64,000 nt of DNA from Candidatus Nomurabacteria bacterium GW2011_GWD2_36_14 (GTDB taxonomy: Bacteria; Patescibacteriota; Minisyncoccia; Phycocordibacterales; UBA9973). A program made the translations under genes and the position numbers. Every line of letters begins with the position of its first letter. The stretch's first letter is position 1. The notes beneath the pieces are model-generated. The model was not told the DNA's origin. It saw only the letters and a program-made list of their open reading frames with translations, and did no database searches. This document shows, piece by piece, positions 56,128 to 64,000 of this stretch. Where the stretch lies: positions 3,744-67,743 of the forward strand of contig LBRL01000001.1 in assembly GCA_000991405.1 (NCBI GenBank), written 5' to 3'.

Positions 56128-56754
56128 TTAATTTTTTCTGAATAAATCTATAATAAAGAACGTTACCTTAATACCATTACCAGAAAGGTTGAAGAGTATT
56201 GCTACGGTGAAGAGCGATAGTGCCAAGCTGTTACTAAAGAAGGACACAGCTATAGCCATAATCGCCGAACCGACAGGGAAGAGGATATGCATGTTGGCAT
56301 GTTCGTTTTCTTTTTTAGTGAAAGGAACGTTTTCTATTGTTCCAGACTTTATCACATAGTTACGCATTTTAAATAAAGTTGTACCTATAAGGATAATGTT
56401 TAATGCGAAGAATATTATTGCCGTTTCAGAATTAGCATATTGTCCTAAGAAACGAGAAGAGAATGGTACAAGAGCCACAAAGAACAGGAAGATCCCATTT
56501 AAGTTAGAGAATTTTGTATCAATATTTTTAGCAAGAACTGATGCTATGAGGTGGTGGCTTCTCCAATAAGTGAAAAGTAAAGAAAAACTAAGTAAATAGC
56601 TTAAGAAGAGGGGTGCCATTTCTACAAGTGTATTTAAGAGATGTTGTTCTGTGACTAATCCTGTAAAATTAGGAACACGTAATTCAAACACTAATATTGT
56701 CATAACGATAGCAAATATGCCATCGGAAAGCTGGTCTAATCTTGATTGTTTCAT
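56128..56754 (-). CDS. TMEM175/DUF1211 family potassium channel
   Basis: RLDQLSDGIFAIVMTILV signature; six TM helices. Confidence 0.88.
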   Translation of the reverse strand: MKQSRLDQLSDGIFAIVMTILVFELRVPNFTGLVTEQHLLNTLVEMAPLFLSYLLSFSLLFTYWRSHHLIASVLAKNIDTKFSNLNGIFLFFVALVPFSSRFLGQYANSETAIIFFALNIILIGTTLFKMRNYVIKSGTIENVPFTKKENEHANMHILFPVGSAIMAIAVSFFSNSLALSLFTVAILFNLSGNGIKVTFFIIDLFRKN

Positions 56755-56782
56755 ATACTTTTATTATACCATATGAATAATT

Positions 56783-57349
56783 TTATTTAAATATCTCATC
56801 TACAAGAGTTAGAACCCCTTTTCTTGTTTTATTCGAGAAGGGGATGATAGGGTGGTCGCCAACCACTTTTTTGATTTCAGCCATTTTCTTATGATAGTCG
56901 GATTGCTTTAGTTTATCTGTTTTGTTTGCAACTATTATAAAGTCTTTATGATGATTTCTAAGCTCGTTTAGCATGAGTATATCTTTGTCTGTCATGCCGA
57001 CACCAGCATCTATAATCATTACAACTTTCTTTTGAGTATAAATAGAATTGAAGAGGTAAGAGTCTATAAGTTCGCCTATCTTCTCGCGTCCTAGTCCCGA
57101 TGCTCGAGCGAAGCCGTATCCAGGCAAGTCTACCAAGTAGAAGGCATTATTTATCAGGAATATATTTATCTCTTGAGTTCTTCCTGGGAAGGAACTAGTA
57201 CGGGAAGCCTTACTGTTGGTTATAACATTTATAAGGCTTGATTTACCAACGTTCGAGCGCCCTATAAAGGCTATCTGGGGTATACCATCAGCCAAGATCT
57301 CATCATCTCCGACGATACCCTTCATGAATTTTGTAGTTGTTATTAACAT
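56783..57349 (-). CDS. engB: Ribosome biogenesis GTPase EngB/YsxC
   Basis: GRSNVGKSSLIN, PGRTQ, DLPGYG, NKTDK. Confidence 0.95.
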   Translation of the reverse strand: MLITTTKFMKGIVGDDEILADGIPQIAFIGRSNVGKSSLINVITNSKASRTSSFPGRTQEINIFLINNAFYLVDLPGYGFARASGLGREKIGELIDSYLFNSIYTQKKVVMIIDAGVGMTDKDILMLNELRNHHKDFIIVANKTDKLKQSDYHKKMAEIKKVVGDHPIIPFSNKTRKGVLTLVDEIFK

Positions 57350-57433
57350 ATTTATATCTTAGCAGAAAAAGGACTTTGAAGCGAAGGTAAATAAAAAAAC
57401 GAATAAATCTGATATTAACAAAATTTAATCGTT

Positions 57434-57571
57434 TTAGTTAAAAGGGAACCCCCTAAATATTATGAAGTATGGTTGGTCATAACATACTTCAGAATTTTCA
57501 TAAGGCTTTTCGTTTAGCATAACAGTAGGATAATTATCCCACGATTCCAAATAAAATGTTTCTTTTTTCAT
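57434..57571 (-). CDS. Possible small ORF (45 aa)
   Basis: MKKETFYLESWDNYP...GFPFN* in an otherwise empty AT-rich gap; below the ORF-track cutoff. Confidence 0.3.
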   Translation of the reverse strand: MKKETFYLESWDNYPTVMLNEKPYENSEVCYDQPYFIIFRGFPFN

Positions 57572-57810
57572 GGAATAAATATTATTTATCATTTATATAC
57601 TTTTTTAACACCCAACTTGTTAGTCTGAGCATTAAAATAAAATATATAATAAGAAAAAATAAGGTAAAATATGCCCAAAAATAATTTTGCCCCATAATAT
57701 ATTATTTTTTAATTTTACAAATATAACTGTCAATATAATGATACAGGGGATTAAACATGTATGCAAATAATTTTGTGTATCACAAGTTACTACATGACCG
57801 CGAGTACGCT

Positions 57811-57958
57811 TCTCGACTCTTACAGAGTCAGTACACCTTTTCCATTCGTGAGTACACTCATATGGAAAAGGTTTTCTCGTCCTGTACGGAAAGCATACAA
57901 ATGCTTTCCTAGGGTCCACCCAAGAAAAAAGGCACGCTTTCGCGTGTCTCTTTTTTCT
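57811..57958 (-). repeat. Multi-hairpin element downstream of tRNA-Ala, containing a terminator and a split antisense copy of the tRNA 3' end
   Basis: Terminator 57923-57958; GTCCTGTA (57879-86) + hairpin + TAGGGTCCACCC (57910-21). Confidence 0.8.
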
Positions 57959-57963
57959 ACGGG

Positions 57964-58037
57964 TGGACCCTACAGGACTCGAACCTGCCACCTCCTCATT
58001 GCAAATGAGGCGCTCTAGCCAGATGAGCTAAGGGCCC
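57964..58037 (-). tRNA. tRNA-Ala(UGC)
   Basis: G3:U70 pair, CCTCA-TTTGCAA-TGAGG anticodon arm, GGTTCGAGTCC. Confidence 0.96.
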
Positions 58038-58115
58038 TTAAATAATTAATAATTAAGAATTAATAATTAAGATACACATATATTACCTTATTTTATAATT
58101 TTTGCAAGACTTTTT

Positions 58116-58241
58116 ATAAAACAACAGAAAAGTATTAGGTACGAGGCGCAGGCGAGGATTGCGACCAAGATGTAGTAATTCTACATTGCGGGAGCAACCG
58201 GAGCCTGCAACAAAGTAGATGATATTTTTATGTTGTTTTAT
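58116..58241 (+). repeat. 126-bp structured intergenic element (family B, copy 2)
   Basis: 20-bp terminal IR (18/20); core CGAGGCGCAGG...ATGTAGTAATTCTACATTG...CCTGCAACAAAG shared with 23918-24044. Confidence 0.9.
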
Positions 58242-58242
58242 T

Positions 58243-59565
58243 CTAGAACAGTGATATTATCGCCGCTATAGCCGTAACACTCATAAGTATAGTTGCTATC
58301 CATCCCAGTGCTTTTGTGATTGGCTTGTTGTGGAATTCTCCCATTATTTTTTTACTACTACTTATTTTCACTATGAATACTAGCATCACAGGAGCGACTA
58401 TTCCGTTGGCAATAGCAGAGTAGAGTAAGGCCTTGATAGGATCAATACCAATAAAGTTTAGAAGTATCCCTACGATGATAGACACAGCGATAACTCCATA
58501 GAAAGCATGAGCAGTTTTCCATTTACGATAAAGTCCTTCCTTCCATCCAAAGCTTTCTGTTATAGCGTAAGCAGTTGAGCCAGCTAGTACTGGTATAGCT
58601 AGAAGTCCCGTCCCTATAATTCCAATTGCAAAGAGTAGATATGCTAGAGATCCAGCGAGAGGACGTAGTGCCAAGGCTGCATCCGAGGCAGTATTTATAT
58701 TTGTGATTCCGTTTATAAAGAGTGTATTGGCACATACAGCAATTATGAAGAACATCACAATATTAGAAAGGAACATCCCAACCCAGATATCTAGTCGCAT
58801 TTCTTTGACTTCCTTGTGAGTCGTACCTTTACGTGATGCGACTGTCTTCTTGCCATCTCTTATTTCTTCTTCAATTTCTTCAGATGTTTGCCAGAAGAAT
58901 AAGTAAGGAGAGATTGTTGTTCCCAAGATACCTGTTATCAGAAGAATTTGAGATTTCGAGAAGGTTATGTGTGGTATAAGTCCATCGCGAAGTAAAACTG
59001 ACCAGTCCATATGGATTATAAGCCCTGTCACAATATATGCGAACACAGCTATGACAAGCCACTTTAGATACTTTGTATAAATTCGATAAGGGACGATTAT
59101 TTCTAAGAGTAGCCCAGAGATACCAGTGAATATGACTAGAAATACGAACGACATCTTTGGGGCTAGTAGTTGCACTGCCTTGGCCATAGCTCCCAAGTCT
59201 GCTCCGATATTTAATGTATTAGCAAAGAAAAGTAAAATAGTACAAATATAAAGAATTTTCTTTGGGAAATTTCTTTTGATATTTGAAGCAAGTCCTCGTC
59301 CTGTGACCATGGCTATGCGGGCACACATTTCTTGGATAGTGGAAACGAGTGGATAAACCCATAGAGCTAGCCACACCAAGCTTGTCCCAAATTGAGCCCC
59401 AGCTTGAGAATAAGTAGCAATACCAGAAGGATCGTCGTCTGCTGCTCCGGTAATAATTCCAGGGCCAATTTTCTTCATGTATTCCTCACTCTCTTCTAGG
59501 ATTGTTTCCTTTTTTTCTATTAGAATTACTTCTTCATCTTTTGGTGCTTCTTTTTCATTCTTCAT
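58243..59565 (-). CDS. NRAMP/MntH-like divalent metal transporter
   Basis: GPGIITGAADDDPSGIATYSQAGA, GTTISPYLFFWQ. Confidence 0.9.
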   Translation of the reverse strand: MKNEKEAPKDEEVILIEKKETILEESEEYMKKIGPGIITGAADDDPSGIATYSQAGAQFGTSLVWLALWVYPLVSTIQEMCARIAMVTGRGLASNIKRNFPKKILYICTILLFFANTLNIGADLGAMAKAVQLLAPKMSFVFLVIFTGISGLLLEIIVPYRIYTKYLKWLVIAVFAYIVTGLIIHMDWSVLLRDGLIPHITFSKSQILLITGILGTTISPYLFFWQTSEEIEEEIRDGKKTVASRKGTTHKEVKEMRLDIWVGMFLSNIVMFFIIAVCANTLFINGITNINTASDAALALRPLAGSLAYLLFAIGIIGTGLLAIPVLAGSTAYAITESFGWKEGLYRKWKTAHAFYGVIAVSIIVGILLNFIGIDPIKALLYSAIANGIVAPVMLVFIVKISSSKKIMGEFHNKPITKALGWIATILMSVTAIAAIISLF

Positions 59566-59621
59566 ATATTACATAATATACTATTTTAAAAGAATTTGGT
59601 ACAATATAGTCACTACTCAAT

Positions 59622-61121
59622 ATGGCGCTAAACAAACCAAACAAAATCCAGATTATCAAGTATGCTCCACCACCTCCAGATCTACCAACTTTAGGCAGAG
59701 TTGATCCCAGTGATGTTGTATTTATCGGTCGTACCAACTACGTAGCTTCTTTAGAAGAAAAGAAGTTTGTTTTTGGCTTCAAGCGAATTGATCGCCGTCG
59801 CCATTTGTATATTATAGGGAAGTCTGGTGTCGGTAAGTCCAAGCTCCAAGAGCTAATGATTCGTCAGGACATAGCTTATGGTCATGGTGTTTGTATTATC
59901 GATCCACACGGAGAACTTATTGAGGATATTCTGAACTTTGTTCCCGAGGAAAGAATCGAAGATGTCTGTATTATTGATCCAGGCGACATAGACTATCCTT
60001 CATCTTTCAATCCACTTTCCAACATCGATCCAACTTTCAAGCATCAACTTACCCAAGGCTTGATTGAAGTTTTGCGTAAGCAGTTCGGTGCTAACTGGAC
60101 GCCTCGTCTCGAGCACGTTTTTCGCTTTACCGTTCTGGCTTTGCTCGACTATCCTTATGCGACAATGCGTGGCATGATTAGTATGCTGACCGATCGTAAT
60201 TACCGTCAGAAAGTTGTGGAGTATATCGAAGACGACATGGTCAAACGCTTCTGGGCTATTGAATTCGCCGACTGGTCTGAGAAGTTCGATACAGACGCCA
60301 TCATTCCTTTGGTCAACAAGTTAGGGCAATTCCTTTCCGATCCAATGCTTCGCAATATTTTCGGACAAAAGGAGAACAAAATAGACCTCGAGCAAATCAT
60401 GAACGAACAGAAGATTCTCTTAATCAATCTTTCCAAAGGTAAGATTGGAGAGGAGAACTCTTCATTCTTCGGATCAATGTTCCTCACGAAGATCAAGCAG
60501 GCTGGTATGGCTCGTGCCAAGCTTGAGCCGAAGGATCGTGCCGACTTTTATGTATACGTCGACGAGTTCCAGAACATTGTGACGGATACTTTCGAGAACA
60601 TTCTTTCAGAGGCTCGTAAGTATGGGCTGAATCTCATCGTCGCTCACCAGTATGTTGCTCAGCTTCTACCGAAGGTTCAGCAAGCTGTCCTAGGTAACGT
60701 TGGATCCATTATTACTTTCCGTGTGGGAGGGGATGATGCTACCAAGTTGAAGCCCGAGTTCGCTCCAATCTTTGATGTGAAGGACATGATCAACTTAGGA
60801 GTTGGAGAATTCTATATCAAAATGACTATTGACGGAGAGAGTTACGACCCATTCTCAGGGGAAACGTTGCAAGTATTACCAGCCACTCATCCATCTTATA
60901 GACAAAGAATTATAGAAGCATCTCGTCGCAAGTATTCTATCCCAGCTGGCGATGCTCAGCGTCTAATCGCTGAAGAGGAAGCCACTATCATCCGTAGCGC
61001 CCAAGAGAAAGCCGCAATTACAGGGAAAAAGGAAGAGAAAGAGGAAACCACCGAAAACGTCAATGACAATAAAAAAGAAGAAGTAAAAAAGGAAGAGAAA
61101 GGTGGTGAACCGTTAATTTAA
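59622..61121 (+). CDS. VirD4/TraD/HerA-like P-loop ATPase
   Basis: HLYIIGKSGVGKS, IDPHGE, YVDEFQN, SEARKYGL..AHQY. Confidence 0.85.
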   Translation: MALNKPNKIQIIKYAPPPPDLPTLGRVDPSDVVFIGRTNYVASLEEKKFVFGFKRIDRRRHLYIIGKSGVGKSKLQELMIRQDIAYGHGVCIIDPHGELIEDILNFVPEERIEDVCIIDPGDIDYPSSFNPLSNIDPTFKHQLTQGLIEVLRKQFGANWTPRLEHVFRFTVLALLDYPYATMRGMISMLTDRNYRQKVVEYIEDDMVKRFWAIEFADWSEKFDTDAIIPLVNKLGQFLSDPMLRNIFGQKENKIDLEQIMNEQKILLINLSKGKIGEENSSFFGSMFLTKIKQAGMARAKLEPKDRADFYVYVDEFQNIVTDTFENILSEARKYGLNLIVAHQYVAQLLPKVQQAVLGNVGSIITFRVGGDDATKLKPEFAPIFDVKDMINLGVGEFYIKMTIDGESYDPFSGETLQVLPATHPSYRQRIIEASRRKYSIPAGDAQRLIAEEEATIIRSAQEKAAITGKKEEKEETTENVNDNKKEEVKKEEKGGEPLI

Positions 61122-61137
61122 TTAAGAATTAAGAATT

Positions 61138-62781
61138 ATGAAAAAGATTTGCGAACATTGCGGTAAAGAATTCATAATAACAGAGACAGAACAATCTCTC
61201 AGTGAAAAGATTGGCTTAGAATTATCTACTGTATGTTCAAGGTGTTTACTGAAACAACATTTGTCTTTTTGGATGTTTGGTAAATTTAGAAAAGGGAAGT
61301 CTGATTTATCGGGAGAGAGTATGATTACAGTATTACCAGAAAGTCGCTACCCACTTTATTTACTAAAAGAATGGCATAGTGACGCTTGGGATGCTATGGA
61401 TTATGGTGTGGATTATAATCCAAGTGAATCATTTTTCAAACAATTACAGTCTTTACAAGAGAAAGTTCCTCATCCTCATCAAAATGGCTCAAACAATACA
61501 GGGTGTGATTATTGTGATGATGTCTGGAATTCAAAAAATTGTTATTTAGCTCGCTCTATGGAATTTTGTGAAGATTTGCTTTATTCATACAGAAATTTAA
61601 AAGTAAAGAATTCTATGGATACAGTTATTTGTTATGCATCAGAAAGATTGTTCTCATCTCTCAATTGTATAAATTGTTATAAGCTTTTTTATTCTAGAAA
61701 TTCAAAAGATTGCATAGATTCATCTTTTCTTTTTGATTGTCGCAATTGTCAGGATTGTTTTATGTGTTGGAATCTAAGAGGAAAAAGTTATTGTATAGAA
61801 AATATTCAATATACGAGAGAAGAATATAAAGAAAAGCTACAATCTTTTAATTTAGGTTCTTATTCTGCTATTGAATCTTTTAAAGAACACTTTGAAGATA
61901 TTCTTAAAAATGAAGCAATTCACAAGCTGAATTTTAATATTAAGGCATATAATTCTACTGGTGATAATCTTTTGAATGTAAATAATTGTCAAAATTGTAA
62001 TACAATATCTGATTCAGAAGATGCTGTGAATGCAATAAGAGGAATGAAACACAGTAATACCTTAAATGCCAATGGTTGTTGGTATATAGAACTATCTGGT
62101 AATTGTGGCGAGTGCCTTAATTCTTATGGGCTTAAATATTCTACTTGGTCTTCGTCAAGATTTTCAGAATATTTAGATTTATGCACAGAATGTGAATATT
62201 GTTTTGGTTGTGTGGGGCTTAAGAAGAAAAAGTATTGCATTTTGAACAAACAATATACCAAAGAAGAATATGAAAAATTAAAAGATGAAATTATAAATAA
62301 AATGAAAGAAGATGGAGAATATGGGAAATTCTTGCCATATTCTATGAGTGCTGGGCCATTTAATTTTTCTACTAGCTATTTATACTTTCCAAAGACAACT
62401 AAAGAAGAAATTTTAGGGCTGGGTGGTTATTGGCAAGATATAGATGAAAGTAATATAGAGGGAATGCCTACAAGTGAATTACCAGATTCTATAAATGATG
62501 TAGATGAAAGTATTTGTACTCAAGCCTTAATATGTCCAGAAACTGGATGGAGGTTCAATATTTCAAACAATGAACTAGAATTTTATAAACAATACAATAT
62601 TCCACTTCCTCGCAAGCATTTTGATGTAAGAATAAAAGATTTAGTAAAGTATTCCATGGTATTAGATACTTCAACTTATAATTGTTTTTATTGTAAACAA
62701 AAAATACAAGCTTTTTATCCCAAAGAATGGGGTTACCAGAATATTGCTTGTGAGAATTGCTATCAGCAGAATTTAAACTAG
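61138..62781 (+). CDS. Cys-rich protein with zinc-ribbon termini (CPR-type hypothetical family)
   Basis: CEHCGKEF, repeated CxxCxxC motifs, C-terminal CFYC...CENCY. Confidence 0.75.
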   Translation: MKKICEHCGKEFIITETEQSLSEKIGLELSTVCSRCLLKQHLSFWMFGKFRKGKSDLSGESMITVLPESRYPLYLLKEWHSDAWDAMDYGVDYNPSESFFKQLQSLQEKVPHPHQNGSNNTGCDYCDDVWNSKNCYLARSMEFCEDLLYSYRNLKVKNSMDTVICYASERLFSSLNCINCYKLFYSRNSKDCIDSSFLFDCRNCQDCFMCWNLRGKSYCIENIQYTREEYKEKLQSFNLGSYSAIESFKEHFEDILKNEAIHKLNFNIKAYNSTGDNLLNVNNCQNCNTISDSEDAVNAIRGMKHSNTLNANGCWYIELSGNCGECLNSYGLKYSTWSSSRFSEYLDLCTECEYCFGCVGLKKKKYCILNKQYTKEEYEKLKDEIINKMKEDGEYGKFLPYSMSAGPFNFSTSYLYFPKTTKEEILGLGGYWQDIDESNIEGMPTSELPDSINDVDESICTQALICPETGWRFNISNNELEFYKQYNIPLPRKHFDVRIKDLVKYSMVLDTSTYNCFYCKQKIQAFYPKEWGYQNIACENCYQQNLN

Positions 62782-62853
62782 TTTGTTTACAAATCTGGGG
62801 AGAGTGTTACAATTATATTGTAAAGGTCGTGCAGTTAATCGTCTATATATTTT

Positions 62854-63159
62854 ATGGTATTTATATATACAACATGCGAAAATATGGATGAGGCAAAGAA
62901 GCTCGGAAGCTTAATTATAGACAAGAAGATCGCAGCTTGTGTGGATTTCTGGTCTATATCATCCTGTTATAACTGGGAGGGGGAGTCAAAGTGCGTAGAG
63001 CACGCCATGCTCCTTATTACTACTTTTGAAGCCAAGCTAGATGCTGTGACTCAGATTATTTCTGAGAATCATACCTATAGTGTTCCTCTTATAGCTGGAG
63101 TGGATGTCAGACGTATAAATCACCCATACAAAGAATGGATGATGAAGGAGATAGTATAA
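62854..63159 (+). CDS. cutA: Divalent-cation tolerance protein CutA
   Basis: IYTTC, KKIAACV, YNWEG, HTYSVP, YKEW. Confidence 0.9.
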   Translation: MVFIYTTCENMDEAKKLGSLIIDKKIAACVDFWSISSCYNWEGESKCVEHAMLLITTFEAKLDAVTQIISENHTYSVPLIAGVDVRRINHPYKEWMMKEIV

Positions 63160-63161
63160 TA

Positions 63162-63590
63162 ATGCCTCAAATTATAAACTCCAAGAAAATATTAATATTT
63201 GGCGTTTTCGATGGTGTCCACGATGGGCATCTTTCTTTTATAAATGAAGCCAAAGAGCAAGGAGGTCATCTTATAGCGATTGTCGCACGCGACAGTATGG
63301 TAGAAAAGTTGAAAGGCAAGAAGCCTATGAATAATGAAGTAGAAAGGATTAGAAATCTTTTAGAAATTCACGAAGTCGACAGAGTGCTCTTGGGTGACTT
63401 AGATATAGGCACATATAATATTCTCAAAGAAGTTGCTCCTGACGTCGTATTCTTAGGTTATGATCAGGAAGCTTTATATGAGAATTTAAATGAATTTATA
63501 AAAAGGGGAACTTTGGGCGATATTAAAATATTAAAAGGTAAACCCCACAAACCCGACACCCACCACTCGTCGATTTTGAATAAAAAGTAG
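63162..63590 (+). CDS. Cytidylyltransferase-like nucleotidyltransferase (RibL/TagD-like)
   Basis: FGVFDGVHDGH (HxGH), VARD, LGYDQ, HSS. Confidence 0.85.
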   Translation: MPQIINSKKILIFGVFDGVHDGHLSFINEAKEQGGHLIAIVARDSMVEKLKGKKPMNNEVERIRNLLEIHEVDRVLLGDLDIGTYNILKEVAPDVVFLGYDQEALYENLNEFIKRGTLGDIKILKGKPHKPDTHHSSILNKK

Positions 63591-63625
63591 AAGACCGGAG
63601 ACAACAAATGTTGTTCCGGTCTTTT
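63591..63625. terminator. Intrinsic terminator
   Basis: aagaccgga...tccggtctttt. Confidence 0.7.
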
Positions 63626-63664
63626 CCTCAATAATAATTAACCTTTTCTCAAAACCACAAATAA

Positions 63665-64000
63665 TTAAACCACCGGAATAAGTGATTCAGCACCAGGATA
63701 AGATAAAGCCATAATCATCGATACGTCGTTTACATTGTTAGATGAATTAAAACTTATCTGAAAGAAACCTACATCGCTTGGCAACATTTTTCCGATCATA
63801 GTTCCATTTGTAACGGCAACTGATTCTGTAGTAGAAGTAAATGATGTAATTTGCCCAATGTCGGTAGCAGCCATCAAATCACCTTCACTTTTAACCTTTG
63901 TAGTATTTGCAACTTCACTTTCAGTAGATTTAGATACACTTGCTAACTTTACATCCTGGCCGGTATCATTCATCATCTTTTGCATCCAAGTAGCAGTCGA
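63665..64000 (-). CDS. Hypothetical protein, C-terminal part (runs off the window)
   Basis: Frame stays open to the window edge; TAA at 63665-63667. Confidence 0.55.
   Translation of the reverse strand, partial: STATWMQKMMNDTGQDVKLASVSKSTESEVANTTKVKSEGDLMAATDIGQITSFTSTTESVAVTNGTMIGKMLPSDVGFFQISFNSSNNVNDVSMIMALSYPGAESLIPVV

Overview
This window looks like a core-genome stretch from a Patescibacteria/CPR bacterium, probably Parcubacteria. The taxonomy is inferred from the reduced housekeeping proteins, the NusB-NUDIX fusion, the short SMC, the cohesin/dockerin/WxL-like surface locus and the AT-rich, Shine-Dalgarno-poor starts. TGA is used as a stop, so genetic code 11 applies. It carries a cell-surface cluster (0.2-6.2 kb), gyrB, thrS, rpmF-nusB-rnc-smc, rnr, rpsP-khpA-trmD, rpoBC-dnaG-rpoD, rpsB-tsf, proS-mreBC-tgt-uvrB, uvrA, uvrC-ddl-gpsA, four tRNA genes and several accessory genes. 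The most striking signal is a set of small palindromic elements. (1) A ~77-94 bp stem-loop with an invariant 27-bp core and co-varying arms is inserted in-frame, in the same frame and orientation, in tgt, uvrA and uvrC; a different palindrome sits in-frame in uvrB. (2) A PaaX/Cas2-like gene is bracketed by two 34-40 bp palindromes. (3) A RAYT (HUH Y1) transposase is bracketed by identical 31-bp REP-like hairpins. (4) A 126-127 bp structured intergenic element occurs twice with covariation. (5) Two tRNA genes are each followed by an antisense copy of their own 3' end. Other oddities are a circularly permuted DsbA, a Fic gene bounded by 26-bp direct repeats of the rpsP promoter, a tRNA with C33, an apparently hinge-less SMC and a UvrA lacking the insertion domain. 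No database searches were run; family calls come from recognising motifs by eye.
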